Assembly (NCBI GenBank): GCA_050230475.1
Contig: JBFLGF010000012.1
Coordinates: forward strand, 62,001 to 126,000
Source: Ancylonema sp.
Lineage: Eukaryota
DNA: 64,000 nucleotides
Reading direction: 5' to 3'
Part shown: positions 62,725 to 64,000 of the stretch, one piece after another
How positions within the stretch are numbered: the stretch's first letter is position 1
How the letters are laid out: each line of letters starts with the position of its first letter
Translations under genes and position numbers: made by a program
The notes under the pieces: generated by a model
Told to the model about the DNA's origin: nothing
The model's database searches: none
The model's input: the letters and a program-made list of their open reading frames with translations, nothing else

Positions 62725-63444
62725 GTCATATCCCCAAAAAGCTAAATTAATGATTACATGCGTACCAACAACCGTGCAGTAAATCTGTGGCAGCATGTAT
62801 CTGGCAGGAATGGTACACGAATATCACCAACCATAATGTGCGATCTGGCACCGAGTAAAATCCGGTCTGGGTCGGTCGTAGACCTAGAGTCGGGTTTTCA
62901 CTTCTTACCAGTTCGGGAGCTAGACATACTTCATAGAAAATGCAAACTAAAATTTTCAACTTGGACGCGCGGTGATATTTCGGGCTGTAAGTTTTCAATC
63001 CTGCTAGAAGCTATGAGTCATGATTTCATGAGGTCTACATCTGAATGGCATTGCAAGTCTCTGTGTGCGATAAACATCGCACAATCTCTATAATAAACTC
63101 GACCCCGATCAAGCACCTCTAGGTCCGGATCGATCCTAGGCCTGGATCCTCGTCCCAGCTTGCACCCCAGTCCCTGGTCCGTGCAATCATGTTACCAGCA
63201 ATCCCAAGCATTCTTATCATAGCAGTCACTCACTTCATGAGAGACACCATTTGTCACGATGCACACATGCCACCACACTCACCACAGTATTGGAAAAAGA
63301 AGAAGAATTTTCGAATAAAAAAGAAGCACTGCAGAGAGTCTTGCCCAAGAACCCTCGAAAATGCTTCCCCGCTTATCCTTTGTATGACCCCAATCCACTC
63401 ACCAATCACATATGTTACTTGTTTGCCCTGAAAAAATCAGCCAC

Positions 63445-64000
63445 CTATCGAAACCCTGACTGCAGAGAATTTGGAACCGGAAATAAATCCTTCCCAGCAA
63501 AGGGAGAGGTCCATTCTTGAGTTGCTGACTCCTGCTTCAGTACCTCCGACCCCGACCCGTACTGTGGCGTCGACTTCCAATCTACAGCAGCCCCTCCCTC
63601 CCCTCCTCCCCAAAGATTGTACTCCCGTTCAGAGCTACTTTCGGGAGCGGCCCCTGGGCCTGCCTCTCCGCCATGCCCTATGCCAAGACTCCCCATTGTC
63701 CTCCACAGACCCACTGGAGCTTCAGCTTTGGACACACTCCAATCCACAGACTGCAGGCTTGCACTGCCCGCTGGCCTCATACTCCAGTCCACCGAGGAGA
63801 TGGCCTTACTGGTGCTTGAGCTCCCCCCCCAACCTTCCAGCAGCCCGTCGGATGGTGTGAGCGTAGCTGGGAACCCATTCCTAGCCTGCACCTGCAATGC
63901 TGCGTCTGCCATCCCCAACTGCTCCCCCCCCCCTGACCCCACTGCTGGAGGCCACAATCTCCCAGACGCTGACCTCTGCTGCTCCTGCTGCAACAGGGGC
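63445..64000 (-). CDS. Last exon of a gene extending beyond the window; tail resembles plant UBA-domain proteins ending EWTSPFxGKDxF
   Basis: Open frame to the stop at 63445 with repeated VDW motifs and EWTSPFAGKDLF; family link is from memory only. Confidence 0.55.
   Translation of the reverse strand, partial: PLLQQEQQRSASGRLWPPAVGSGGGEQLGMADAALQVQARNGFPATLTPSDGLLEGWGGSSSTSKAISSVDWSMRPAGSASLQSVDWSVSKAEAPVGLWRTMGSLGIGHGGEAGPGAAPESSSEREYNLWGGGEGGAAVDWKSTPQYGSGSEVLKQESATQEWTSPFAGKDLFPVPNSLQSGFR

Noticed and set aside
1..64000. tRNA, rRNA, CRISPR arrays or prokaryotic operons
   Set aside because: None recognisable by eye; genes are intron-containing and eukaryotic.

Overview
Eukaryotic nuclear DNA with short spliceosomal introns; gene content points to a streptophyte (green-plant lineage) genome, species not determinable. 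Host genes: 3' end of ATG16, a DUF4228/PADRE-like gene fused in frame to a Ty1/copia RT remnant, two low-complexity ORFs ending in a [W/R]QPxLxxIxE motif, a DM13-DOMON-cytochrome b561 gene, an F-box/WD40 gene plus a partial paralog, ORC1 (PHD-BAH-AAA+, upstream E2F sites), phosphoribosylanthranilate isomerase, an uncharacterised GT-like membrane protein, a 5'-truncated GTG/GPR89 copy, a UCP-like mitochondrial carrier and the last exon of a gene running off the right edge. The standout is a decayed Ty3/gypsy retrotransposon (10896-17416, TGTCGT...ACGACA termini, 4-bp TSD AGGA) encoding gag, protease, a DNMT3-like C5 cytosine methyltransferase and RT. Its two ends match different halves of related solo-LTR-like units found across the window. 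Three near-identical local duplications occur; two sit at single-N gaps and are probably assembly artefacts. All family calls come from motif recognition by eye; no searches were run.
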